Shown one piece after another: positions 21,101 through 29,774 of a DNA stretch of 64,000 nucleotides. Location: positions 47,962 through 111,961 of the forward strand of contig CAVTWJ010000010.1 in the NCBI GenBank assembly GCA_963738405.1. Reading direction: 5' to 3'. The stretch comes from a candidate division FCPU426 bacterium. GTDB lineage: Bacteria; Oederibacteriota; Muellerivitia; Muellerivitales; Muellerivitaceae. The notes under the pieces were generated by a model. That model saw only the letters and a program-made list of their open reading frames with translations, had not been told where the DNA came from and searched no databases. Every line of letters begins with the position of its first letter. Positions within the stretch are counted from its first letter, which is position 1. Both the position numbers and the translations under genes were made by a program.

Positions 21101-24100
21101 TTTTCAATAATGTAATCCCGGTGTTCAACCCATCGGCCTTGGCCTATCAAATTCAGGTCCAGGTGGGGCCGGCCAATTCCGGTGCGCCGGTTATCGGTGC
21201 CATCCAAATTTTGCCGCAGTCTCAAACCATCGCTACACCCACCCCGACCCCGACCCGCGGACCCTCATCCACTTGGCGCGTCATCGCCGGCGGTGCCTCA
21301 CCCTATATGACGCTGCCTTACACTGACAGTCATGGTAAATCCTGGATCGGTGACACCGATTACCAGGGAGGTATCTTTCAGGCTTCCACCAATCCTGGAT
21401 CCATATCGGGCACCAATGACCAAATCCTTTATCAAAACACCCGCATGGGCAACATGATTAACGATACCTATTACCAACCCTTCAGCTACAGCTTCCCGGT
21501 ACCGCAGGGTAACTACCAAGTCACCTTGAAATTCGCTGAAACTCAATACACTTATGTGGGCGGGCGGGTGTTCAATGTTTCCATCAATGGAAACCAAGCC
21601 GTCACAAACTTGGATGTTTATTCTGAGGTGGGAGAGAACGCCGCGGACGATAAGATCGTCAATAACGTCACGCCGGACGGTACCGGCCATATCAAGATTA
21701 GTTTTGGCCCGACTAGTTCCTCGAGTAATAGCAACCAGGTCATGGTGAGCGCCATCCAGATTGTTCCCGAAGCGGGCGGGTTCTTCCCAACAGCTACCCT
21801 CACTCAGACCCAAACACCTACCCCGACGATCACCCCCAGTCCGACCCCCACTTCCACGCCTTCGGGACCCGCGGCTTTAGATATTTCAGGTGGAGGTGTC
21901 ACTTTAACCGGGCAGACCACATTGGGATTACCCGACATATACAACGAACCCGCCACCGCTTGGCTGGGGGCGAGTGGATACGCCAACTATAACTATGGGG
22001 TGGGCGCTCCGGATAAGCTCTATACCTTTACAGTGGGCTCGGGCCAAGCCGGGCAATTCTTCAATATCAATATTTGTGACGCGAACTTTGATTCGGTGCT
22101 GGCCCTGCACTCCGGGTCTCCTGCGGGGCCCACGGTGGCCTTGAATGACGACTCGGATTTCTGCGGGGGTACTTCCTCCAGCCTGGTAACAGGTCCCCTT
22201 GCCGCCGGAACCTATTACCTAATTGTGGATGGATTCCAGGCGGGTGACGCGGGCGCCTATACCCTGAAGATTTCCACTTTCACCACCACCTGTTCCTTAA
22301 GCCCCACCTCGACACCCGTCGTTTCAAATCAAACAAGCGGGGTGACAGTGGATGACACCACCTTTACCAACCCCGTTACCCTGACCACGCCATTGACCTC
22401 CGGAAATGATTTGACGGGTTTGGGGGTCGTCAACAACTACCTTAACCATGTAAATACCTGGATGTTTACCCAGGCTTCAAGCGGCTCCTGCACGATATCG
22501 TTGGATTGTTTCGATAATGGAACCGCCTTGGGTAATTCCCGGGTTGGGTTTGACGTTTACGATGCCTATGACGACCTGATCGGGTCTTCGGCGGATGGGG
22601 ATCCCTTGGATCAATTGGTCCTGGATCTTAACCCCGGCAACTATTATGTCGCCGTTTATGCCTGGGATTACGGCGCGCCTAACGCCAACTACCGACTGGT
22701 GATCCAGGATGGGCCCATTGCGACCGCAACCCCCACGCCTACGGTCACTCCTACTCTCACCCTAAATACGACATTCACCTCTACAGCAACAATAACATCG
22801 ACCCTAATGGCAACTCCGATACCCAGTTTTAGCCCTACCCCAGGAGTGCCCGCCGACATTACCTCTGCTATCAACGGTGCCCCGGTCGCGGGCGATACCA
22901 CGGGCCTAGAGGATGATTATAGCCAGCCGGTGAGCTATTGGAACGGTACGGATACCTCTACCCAATACCTCGGCGCGGGCGCGCCGGATATCGCCTACCA
23001 ATTCAGCATAGATGCCGGCCATGCCGGGGAAAGCCTCTTTATCAACATTTGCGGGGCTTCTTTTGATTCCGTGCTTTATTTACGTTCAGGATCGCCGACT
23101 GGCCCCTTGGTTGCGGTGGATGACGACTCGGAATATTGCGGGGCTTCCTCGAACAACGGTCTTTCCTCAAGCTTCGTGACCGGTCCCTTGTCTGCGGGCA
23201 CCTATTACCTAATCGTGGACGGCTACCAATCGGGCGATTACGGTCAATTCAGCTTGAACCTTTCCACCTACAATCCCCCTTGTTCCTTGAACCCGACTTC
23301 CACGCCCATTCCCAACGCCGAGCCCAGCCAAGACGATAACGGGTTCAGCCAAGCCACGAACTTGGGCACGGTTTCCATCGGTACTGATACGGTAGGGTCG
23401 GGTGCTTTAGGCTATTTCACTAACCACGTAGATACCTGGCATTTCCACGCAGGAACGGATGGCGGCAACTATACCCTTTCGCTGGATTGTTTCGACGATG
23501 GGAATAACAAGGCTCGGTTTGGTTTCGACCTTTATCGGTTGATAAAAACCAACTCTTATAACTCAGTTCCCCTCTCCTTGGTTGCCTCTTCCACGGACGG
23601 AGACCCCTTGGATCAGCTGGTCGAGACTCTCCCTGCGGGCGATTATTACGTCGCTGTTTACGCCAATGATGAAAACGCCCCCAGCGGCAATTACCATCTG
23701 GTAGTCCAAGGCGGCCCTGTGGCTTCGCCCACCCCCACCATAACCTTTACCCCCACCTATACGGAAACGCCGGGCGGGGTTATTCAAGACATCAGCTCCA
23801 TCATTTCATCGGGCGTCACCATCACGGGCGATACGACCAATGACGTGAATAACTACACCCAGGCGGTCACCCAATATGACGGCTCCAGCCCCTATGTTTT
23901 CAACACCGGTTTGGGCCCTGATGCCATGTATCAGTTTGTGCCTCCCTCGACCGGGGAATATTTCATCAACCTGTGCAACGCCAGTTTTGACTCGGTGATT
24001 TACTTGAGGACTAATCCAACGGATAGTTCCTCAACCATCGACCTGGACCAGTATTCCGAATACTGCAGTACCACTGGCTCCTCTATTGCGACGGGCACCC

Positions 24101-27100
24101 TGACGCAAGGAGTGACCTATTACCTGATCGTGGACGGCCTCAACAGCTATGATTATGGAACCTACAGCCTGTCCATCTCCCATTTCACGCCTCTGTGCAC
24201 TTTAAGCCCCACTTCCACACCCGTCCTTTATACGGCGCCAGCGAATATTACCTATTATCCCGACTATGCCAACGCGGTTGATTTGGGAACGGTCTCGACG
24301 GGCGGGGACGCGGTGGGAACAGGCAACGCGAACTACAACTTCAATTACACGAATACCTGGAAATTCACGGTTGGAACCAACGGCGGAACCTATGCCTTCT
24401 CTGCGGATTGTTTTGACGACGGTACGGGCAAAAACTACGAAGACATTACGGTTTATGACGGTAATCCCGAGGATTTGAACAGTCCTATTGCCCAATCTTA
24501 TTACCAGACGCCCTTAAACCAACTGGAGATACAGAATCTCCCGGCGGGAACCTACTATATCGCCGTTCAATCCGATGATGACGGCCAGGACGGGAACTAT
24601 CGCTTGGCGGTCCAAGGGTTGCAGGCATTAACCATCACGCCAACGCCGACCATTACGCCGTCGCCTACGGATAGTCCGACCGATTCTCCTACCGTCATTT
24701 CAACTGAAACTTTAACGGTCACACCTGCCAACTCAGTTACGGTTTGGCGGGAAACGACGGGCTACCTCGCGGCTTCCTTGACCGATCACCTGGGTAATGT
24801 TTGGACACCGGATACGACAGTGGGTAATTACAGCCCATTAGGCGGCAGCACCTATCTAGGTGGAGTTGTATTTGGAACACCGGATTCCACCCTTTATCAA
24901 AACCCCCGTTTTGCCAGCCCCACTTTGACCTATTCCTTCCCGATTGAGCCAGGCTCATACCAGGTGACCCTTAAATTTGCCGAGGAAAACCCCACCTATT
25001 GGGCAGTGGGGGCGAGGGTGTTCAATGTGTCCGTTATCGGAAGTTCGACCCAGACTCTATCTAATCTTGACGTATTTGCTGAAGTGGGAGGCCAAGCACC
25101 CGATGACAAGGTCTTTGACAGCGTTTCTCCGGATGCGAGCGGGAACATCACGGTTCTATTGGGCGGTGGGACCAACTTCCCCATGATTTCCGCCATTCAA
25201 ATCATTCCCCAGGGCTCTGCCGTTACGCCGACCCCGACGCCCCTATTAACCCCTTCCGCCAATTGGAGGATCATCGCCGGGGCCAGCCCCTACAGCCAAC
25301 TATCAGGGACCAATCTAAAACTTCCCTATATTGATTCCCATGGCAAGCCTTGGATGGGCGACGCTGGATTTAGCGGCGGCGAGGGGCTTGGCTCCGGCGC
25401 CTATTTTGCCTCAAGTGACTTAACCCTTTATTCATTCGAAAGGGTGGGTTATGGCGTTCCCTTCAGCTACACCTTCCCTGTTCCGACGGGACAGCAGTAC
25501 CAGTTGGATCTGAAATTCATGGACTACTACCATAATGCCGATGAAAACGTGGTCGTGAACGGAGTCACGGTTCTATCGAATTTCCAACCGGGTAATGTTG
25601 GCGGCTACAGCTTCAACACCCCCATCGACCAGGTTTTCAATAACATTTCACCCGTCGGTGGAAACATCCAAATCCAATTCTTCCCGGTATATCCCGACTA
25701 TTACCCCAATTATCCGGTGGAGGTGAACGCCATCCAGATTATTCCCCAGCCGGTTCTGATTTCGCCCACTGTAACGCCTACCTGGACGATCACGCCCAGC
25801 CCCACCAATACTCCCAATCCATCGGTAACAACCACCCCCACCTCCACTGCTACCATTTCATCGGGGATACCCATGGTGCTTGTGGATGGGGCCCCCGTGA
25901 GTGGAACAACCGCCGGTGGAACGGATAGCTATAGCCAACCTGCCAGCCTTTGGGACAGTTCCAACGGGGTCACCTATAACTATGGCGCGGGCGCTCCGGA
26001 CTCGGTTTACCAGTTCCATTTGAACTCGGCCCAGAGCGTTTTCATTAATCTTTGCGGGGCGGCTTTTGATTCTGTGGTTTACGTTCGTACCAACCCCAAT
26101 GATCCCTCCACCACCATGGCCTTGGACGATGATTCGGAATTCTGCCACGGCACCTCTTCCAGTCTGGTGACGGGCACCCTTCAGCAGGGGACCTATTATG
26201 TGGTTGTGGATGGGTTTACGGCGGGTGATTTTGGAACCTATTCCTTAAGCTTATCCAGCTTCAATCCAATCTGCACCCTAACGCCTATTTCCACACCAGT
26301 GGTCAACTGGCAAACCAATAATTCGGCCGACGATTCCTATTTCTCAAATACTGTCAACTTGGGTTCGGTCACGAGCGGCCATGACCTGGTTGGGATGGGA
26401 ACACTCAATTATTATCTAAACCACGTGAATACCTGGCAGTTCTCGGCTGGGACGGACGGCTCTAACTATACGATTTCGCTGGATTGCTTTGACGACGGAA
26501 ATGGCAAGGCCCGGATGGGTTTTGACCTTTACCAGGCCGCTTACAATAGCTTCGACAGCATTTACTCTTACCAATTGATCGCATCTTCAAGCAACGGCGA
26601 TCCCTTGGACCAGATCACCCAGAATCTCCCGGCCGGCAATTATGTTGTTGCGGTTTATGCCATCGACGCGGAAGCCCCGAGCGGGGATTATCACTTGGTG
26701 GTCCAAGCCGGTGCGGCCCCCACGCCCCTGCCCACGGCTACGGTCACTCCCACTCCCGTGGTGGTCAACCATTACCCCGACATCACCTCGTATATTGACA
26801 GCGGGAACCCCGTCACCGGCGACACGACTGGCCTGCCGGACCACTACAACCAGGTTGTTATGGAAGCCTCTGAGGGCGGCGATGCGCATGCCGCTGGAAA
26901 TACCAATGGCAGGCCAGTGACCTTTGGCGCGGGTTCACCGGATGTGGTTTACCAATTCACTCTCCACTCTGCGGAAAGCCTTCATATCAATGCCTGTCAA
27001 ACCTATTACTTCAGCTCAGTTGTTTATATAAGGACGAATCCGGATGACCCCAGCACCACGGTGGCTTTTGGAAATGATTACAACAACTGTGAGGAAGCGA

Positions 27101-29607
27101 ATTTCGTAACCGGAACTCTTAAGCCGGGAACCTATTACTTGATACTGGATGGGGACGGATATTACGGTCAATATACCTTTTCGCTTTCAACCTTCCATCC
27201 CCTGTGCGCAGTCTCGCCTGTTCCTAATGTGACGCCCGTACCGAATGTTACTCCTAGCGGCGACAGTACTTATTTCTCCAAACCCACCTATTTGGGAACG
27301 GTTTCCAGCGGTACGGGGGTCATTGGGCCTGGAACGCTTAATTACTACTTTAATCCAACCGAAACCTGGCATTTTAAGGCCGGGACCAACGGCGGAAACT
27401 ACGCACTTTCCCTGGATTGTTACGATGATGGAACGAATCAGGTGGTGTTTGACTTTTCACTCTTTGACGCACTTCACAATCAGATTGGGCATTATCAAGG
27501 CGGTGGCGGCAGTTATCCCAACCAAGAATTCAGGACCCTGCCCGCGGGCGATTATTACGTGGCGGTCTCGGCTACGAATGAAAACTACCCCAGCGGAGAC
27601 TATCACCTGATCATCCAGGGCGGCGCGGTCGCCACTCCGACGGCAACTCCCACCCTGACGCCGACCCCCACCCCGACGCCTATCCCTGGAGGTCCCAAGG
27701 GGGCTTGGAGCGCGCCCGTAGGGTTTATCGCAGTGAACTCGGCTGGAACCACCGTTTACCTCTCCCACAATTTCGGGGTGGATAACCTTAATTTCGATAA
27801 ATATGTGCGAGTTTACACATCCACCAGCGGTATCAATTATTCCCAGTCCGCGTCATGGGGATACTTTGGCAGCACTTATGGCGGAACTTATAGTTCCTGG
27901 CAGGATCCCAATGGCCTTGCAGTCGATTCTTCTGGAAACGTCCTTGTGGCAGACAATGACGTAATTCGTAAATACAATTCCAATGGTGTCGCGCTGGGTT
28001 CCGTGGGCAATGACGATGGTTATTACAATTACGGTGGATATTTCACCTTGGCGAGTGATGTGGCTTTGGACTCGTTTGGCAACATCTATGGTGCCCAGGA
28101 CCGGACCAGCTACGGTACGGTGCAACTTTTCAATTCTTCGGGAATCTTTCAGGGAATTTTGGGCTCGTATCTGGCTTATGGACAGGTAGGGAATTTCGAT
28201 TACCTGCCATCGGTGGCCGTGAACGCATCCGCCTCCTCTACGATCGTTTACGAGGCGGCTTTGGGCGATTCTGTAATCAATGTTTACCAGGTAGTTCCGG
28301 GTTCTTCTTATAAAATCTTCAATTCTCTCGGCCAATGGGGGGCGGGAGCGGGTTCCTTTAGCGTCGGGTCCTTGGCTGTGGCTCCGGCAGGGAGCCCCTA
28401 TGCCGGATTCCTTTACGTCTCAGACACCGCGAACAATCGGATGATGGAATTCGACCCTTACGGAAATTTCGTGGGCCAATGGGGCAGTTACGGAACCGCA
28501 CCTGGAGAGTTCAACTACCCAGGTGGAGTTGCGGTGGATGGCGCTGGCAATGTTTACGTGGCGGATGTTAATAACAACCGCTTCCAGAAATTCGCGCCAC
28601 CTATACCTCAATCTATTATCCCGACACCGACTGGAACTCCGACAAATACTCCTACTGTCACCTCGACTCCTACCCCGTTTGGACTTCCAACAGCGACCAC
28701 CACACCTTTGGTTTATAGTTCCGCGGTGTTTGAGAGCGGGCTTCCTTATCCGCAAGGAGTAGCGCTTGATTCCAGTTCGAATCTTTATGTCGTCAACGAC
28801 CAGCCCAGTTCCGGGCAATATTACCTGAAAGTATTTTCGCAATTTGGATCATTGCTTAACTCTTGGCAGTCCTTTTCTTCCAGCTTCTTAGATTTCCCGG
28901 ACGCAATCGCGGTTAATGGCGCGGGTACTTCCATTTTTGTGGGCGACAGTAGCGGAAGCAACGAGCTGTATCTTTTGAACAGCGGTGGAACCGTTGTGAA
29001 TAGTACGGGGGGGTTCAGCTTTATCGGTGGTTTGGCTTTAGATGTCGCGGCTACCAATCTTTATGTAGCGGATGATTCGGCCCATAGCCTTAAACATATC
29101 AGCCTCAGCAATTCAACCACCGTAGCCTTTGGGACCTGGAACAATAGCCAGGGCTTGGGCTATATCCAGGCACCCATTGGAGTGGCGGTAGATAACAGCA
29201 CCAACTGTAACGGCGGACCCTGTGTTTACTCGATCGATTATGGAAACGAAAATGTTCAAAAATGGGACACCAGTGGAAACCCCATCACCTTTTGGGGTGG
29301 TCCGGACTTGAACTACAAGAACTCGAGCTCGGGAAATGGAATGTTTTACGCCCCCTCCGCCATCGCGGTGGATGCCAATACGAGCTGTAACGGAGTGCCC
29401 GGACCCTGTGTCTATGTCTCGGATAACGGCAACCCGAATAATTACCATTGGATCGAGATATTCGATTCCAATGGCGGCTTCATACAACAAATCTCAACTA
29501 GTTATTATCCGCAGGGGTTGGTGGCACTGCCTAATGCGACGGGTTTGCCCGGTGCGTTCTATGTGGCTGATTTTGGCGATGGAGCGATTTATAAATACAC
29601 GCCTTGA
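15124..29607 (+). CDS. Giant (~4,830 aa) surface lipoprotein: N-domain, Thr/Pro stalk, 9 PPC-like bidomain repeats, 4 malectin-like domains, 2 NHL propellers
   Basis: Uninterrupted ORF; ATG 15124 with SD GGGGAG; lipobox FIGC; repeated GTYYLIVDG and DCFDDG motifs; malectin-like YQVTLKFAE...RVFNV; NHL motif PGGVAVDGAGNVYVADVNNNRFQKF. Confidence 0.9.
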   Translation: MKVRHWALLSFGIVFIFAAFIGCNNRSASPVAPTRNANLNVAVPRTQELQASLLSSTSDILLYKATTSGQAVTGSAGPFNDQTGSGSINFSVDLPSSGTWLMAVELIAASNQQPLALGAAQFDAGSVSGGVTLDLGSVSRNCYQTDTWMDPLGSSFSFLTDTLFTSLNSGDINIVPFGAGYQIQAVAPARIEYLGNGPLVNFASAPATETNTASSVSKMTAGAAVSILQSGDVYCVLLSGGGHAWMQISNPGNATTGPSFRFRVNATLPYYAYYQTSADISGVCLTPLNTPTSTATFSPTPTITPTVTPTPSYTQTPLPTSTPTSTNSPTLTSSPTDTWTVTPTPSITDTPSSTPTPTITPSPSPTNSPIPTSTPTETLTSTATNTPTVTGTSTSTVSPTFTLTNTLTFSSTQTSTSTATVTGTATLTQTLTSTPTGLFTSTMTSTPTNTPTYTATPTTTSTSTFTQTNTLTSTSTSTATSQFTFTQTSTPTNTLSATTTDTLTSTLTATPTDTLTTTATFTQTQTPTATLTNTVTAIATSTSTATPTNTLTATPTVTSTNTATVSQTQTVTSTLTNTATATSTSTSTATPTNTATSTPTQTPTSTATASATDTPTSTLTTTPTATPTSTLTTTPTSTPTFSFTATSTTNGTSTPTLTPIAGVIDITNNIDGAPVPGITTGGQDNYSQTVTFWNGTSSLSSSYDNYSSSGAATALYGQGAPDQAYQFTLASPKNLFVNLCGANYDSVLYLRKTLNDPNSLVAINDDSDFCATTSSSLVTGTLPAGTYYLIVDGFAAGYHGSYSLTLSTFAPPCQLTPLSSPVTSNQQVNTADTSNFTNPVVLGSVGAGSDLVGAGTVNYFTNFANTWAFTPSMTGAYQISLDCFDDGTGKARVGYDLLESDGEGGVSFVDVSLDGDPLDSLIENLTAGNTYYIAVYAWNEGAPDADYHLIIKGLGSTATPTITPTASSTPTETITPSATSIPTAQSPVTLNISGGGATVTGNTIGMADSYNQPVSLWNSIGGVTYDYGAGAPDTAYAVNVTNPESLFINLCGAQFDSVVYVRFGSPTGPTVSVNDDSDYCNSPSSSLVTGTLVPGIYYIIVDGFGPGSYGPFTLAVSTFNPVCGLPTQTLPTPVVNPQSGDSADDVNFTNPVDLGVALSGGDVVGSGNVNYYFNHVQTWSFAVSQYGNYTVSLDCFDDGTGKARAGFDLLQNNEGSISFLQASNDNDPLDQVTYYLIPGVTYYVAVYAFGEGAPSADYHLLVTPQGGAPVIQDVSSIIGTGNAISGSTEGANDNNNQPDSSGTPWGQYGPDVTYQFVPPQTGEYFINMCNVNFDSVLYLRTNPTDPASVVDLDTFGNYCDNGQGTAIATGVLNQGVTYYLIVDGNDEAGNYSFTIAPFTPQCVLTPVSTPVTFTGPANTSFNPDLANARDLGDLSAAGQDATGVGNVNYEYNGTNTWQFEVTVPNQVFNLSTDCFDDGTGKNLTDVGIWSNSDGLQFIAGQSQYSPINQASVTLSTGTYYITVESDNDGEDGNYRLVVQNVTGLNTPTVTQTPTVTPTATPAGVPDVSYAIGQGTVISGNTAGGTDHYNQNLTNGFNGAVDYGAGAPDVAYQFVAPQTGEYVIDMCNAGFSAVLYLRTSLTDPASMTDLSNQSDYCYNVGSGSGYYASITTSTLTQGVTYYLIVDGYGSGDYGNYGFTIAPFTPVCYLNTVSTPVTYTGLPNDNDGYEQMTDSDASAAVNLGTVTTDAVGVGTLNWALNGTEVWQFTASVSGNYAISTDCFDDGTGQDYADLYLWTYQDGLTETNYSYNYPLNQMVVYLNAGQTYYAEVQPDYDGQDGNYRLVVQNLTGFNTPTPLDTPTPMPSPTPTPSSFRVIPASYSGYTDSQGNYWNGGADSDIPGYSGPGGFSNDNNIPIFGTKDPTLYDDYYDNGPAAQNYVFNVAPGTYQTTLKFTDLSGTAVGAREFNVFINGSKVISNLDIYSEVGGNAADDKVFNNVIPVFNPSALAYQIQVQVGPANSGAPVIGAIQILPQSQTIATPTPTPTRGPSSTWRVIAGGASPYMTLPYTDSHGKSWIGDTDYQGGIFQASTNPGSISGTNDQILYQNTRMGNMINDTYYQPFSYSFPVPQGNYQVTLKFAETQYTYVGGRVFNVSINGNQAVTNLDVYSEVGENAADDKIVNNVTPDGTGHIKISFGPTSSSSNSNQVMVSAIQIVPEAGGFFPTATLTQTQTPTPTITPSPTPTSTPSGPAALDISGGGVTLTGQTTLGLPDIYNEPATAWLGASGYANYNYGVGAPDKLYTFTVGSGQAGQFFNINICDANFDSVLALHSGSPAGPTVALNDDSDFCGGTSSSLVTGPLAAGTYYLIVDGFQAGDAGAYTLKISTFTTTCSLSPTSTPVVSNQTSGVTVDDTTFTNPVTLTTPLTSGNDLTGLGVVNNYLNHVNTWMFTQASSGSCTISLDCFDNGTALGNSRVGFDVYDAYDDLIGSSADGDPLDQLVLDLNPGNYYVAVYAWDYGAPNANYRLVIQDGPIATATPTPTVTPTLTLNTTFTSTATITSTLMATPIPSFSPTPGVPADITSAINGAPVAGDTTGLEDDYSQPVSYWNGTDTSTQYLGAGAPDIAYQFSIDAGHAGESLFINICGASFDSVLYLRSGSPTGPLVAVDDDSEYCGASSNNGLSSSFVTGPLSAGTYYLIVDGYQSGDYGQFSLNLSTYNPPCSLNPTSTPIPNAEPSQDDNGFSQATNLGTVSIGTDTVGSGALGYFTNHVDTWHFHAGTDGGNYTLSLDCFDDGNNKARFGFDLYRLIKTNSYNSVPLSLVASSTDGDPLDQLVETLPAGDYYVAVYANDENAPSGNYHLVVQGGPVASPTPTITFTPTYTETPGGVIQDISSIISSGVTITGDTTNDVNNYTQAVTQYDGSSPYVFNTGLGPDAMYQFVPPSTGEYFINLCNASFDSVIYLRTNPTDSSSTIDLDQYSEYCSTTGSSIATGTLTQGVTYYLIVDGLNSYDYGTYSLSISHFTPLCTLSPTSTPVLYTAPANITYYPDYANAVDLGTVSTGGDAVGTGNANYNFNYTNTWKFTVGTNGGTYAFSADCFDDGTGKNYEDITVYDGNPEDLNSPIAQSYYQTPLNQLEIQNLPAGTYYIAVQSDDDGQDGNYRLAVQGLQALTITPTPTITPSPTDSPTDSPTVISTETLTVTPANSVTVWRETTGYLAASLTDHLGNVWTPDTTVGNYSPLGGSTYLGGVVFGTPDSTLYQNPRFASPTLTYSFPIEPGSYQVTLKFAEENPTYWAVGARVFNVSVIGSSTQTLSNLDVFAEVGGQAPDDKVFDSVSPDASGNITVLLGGGTNFPMISAIQIIPQGSAVTPTPTPLLTPSANWRIIAGASPYSQLSGTNLKLPYIDSHGKPWMGDAGFSGGEGLGSGAYFASSDLTLYSFERVGYGVPFSYTFPVPTGQQYQLDLKFMDYYHNADENVVVNGVTVLSNFQPGNVGGYSFNTPIDQVFNNISPVGGNIQIQFFPVYPDYYPNYPVEVNAIQIIPQPVLISPTVTPTWTITPSPTNTPNPSVTTTPTSTATISSGIPMVLVDGAPVSGTTAGGTDSYSQPASLWDSSNGVTYNYGAGAPDSVYQFHLNSAQSVFINLCGAAFDSVVYVRTNPNDPSTTMALDDDSEFCHGTSSSLVTGTLQQGTYYVVVDGFTAGDFGTYSLSLSSFNPICTLTPISTPVVNWQTNNSADDSYFSNTVNLGSVTSGHDLVGMGTLNYYLNHVNTWQFSAGTDGSNYTISLDCFDDGNGKARMGFDLYQAAYNSFDSIYSYQLIASSSNGDPLDQITQNLPAGNYVVAVYAIDAEAPSGDYHLVVQAGAAPTPLPTATVTPTPVVVNHYPDITSYIDSGNPVTGDTTGLPDHYNQVVMEASEGGDAHAAGNTNGRPVTFGAGSPDVVYQFTLHSAESLHINACQTYYFSSVVYIRTNPDDPSTTVAFGNDYNNCEEANFVTGTLKPGTYYLILDGDGYYGQYTFSLSTFHPLCAVSPVPNVTPVPNVTPSGDSTYFSKPTYLGTVSSGTGVIGPGTLNYYFNPTETWHFKAGTNGGNYALSLDCYDDGTNQVVFDFSLFDALHNQIGHYQGGGGSYPNQEFRTLPAGDYYVAVSATNENYPSGDYHLIIQGGAVATPTATPTLTPTPTPTPIPGGPKGAWSAPVGFIAVNSAGTTVYLSHNFGVDNLNFDKYVRVYTSTSGINYSQSASWGYFGSTYGGTYSSWQDPNGLAVDSSGNVLVADNDVIRKYNSNGVALGSVGNDDGYYNYGGYFTLASDVALDSFGNIYGAQDRTSYGTVQLFNSSGIFQGILGSYLAYGQVGNFDYLPSVAVNASASSTIVYEAALGDSVINVYQVVPGSSYKIFNSLGQWGAGAGSFSVGSLAVAPAGSPYAGFLYVSDTANNRMMEFDPYGNFVGQWGSYGTAPGEFNYPGGVAVDGAGNVYVADVNNNRFQKFAPPIPQSIIPTPTGTPTNTPTVTSTPTPFGLPTATTTPLVYSSAVFESGLPYPQGVALDSSSNLYVVNDQPSSGQYYLKVFSQFGSLLNSWQSFSSSFLDFPDAIAVNGAGTSIFVGDSSGSNELYLLNSGGTVVNSTGGFSFIGGLALDVAATNLYVADDSAHSLKHISLSNSTTVAFGTWNNSQGLGYIQAPIGVAVDNSTNCNGGPCVYSIDYGNENVQKWDTSGNPITFWGGPDLNYKNSSSGNGMFYAPSAIAVDANTSCNGVPGPCVYVSDNGNPNNYHWIEIFDSNGGFIQQISTSYYPQGLVALPNATGLPGAFYVADFGDGAIYKYTP
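15980..17100 (+). repeat. Thr/Pro/Ser low-complexity coding repeat (~370 aa)
   Basis: (T-x)n pattern; exact 34-bp duplication at 16739-16772 and 16871-16904. Confidence 0.9.
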
Positions 29608-29774
29608 AATATAGGGGTGTTATTCAATCGTTTGAGTTGGACTAGGGCTTTAAATGAGGGGTTTCTAGGTTCAAAAGACCGCTTTTTATTAAAGGAAACC
29701 CTTTTCATTGCCGGTTTTTTCTTTAAAATACGCCCCAAGTTGCAGTCGGGGCTTAATCCCTGAAAGGGGCCGTC

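Noticed and set aside
17110..27620. DGR or phase-variation cassette among the repeats
   Set aside because: Repeats are diverged in-frame domains; no reverse transcriptase, recombinase or adenine-specific TR/VR pair was seen.
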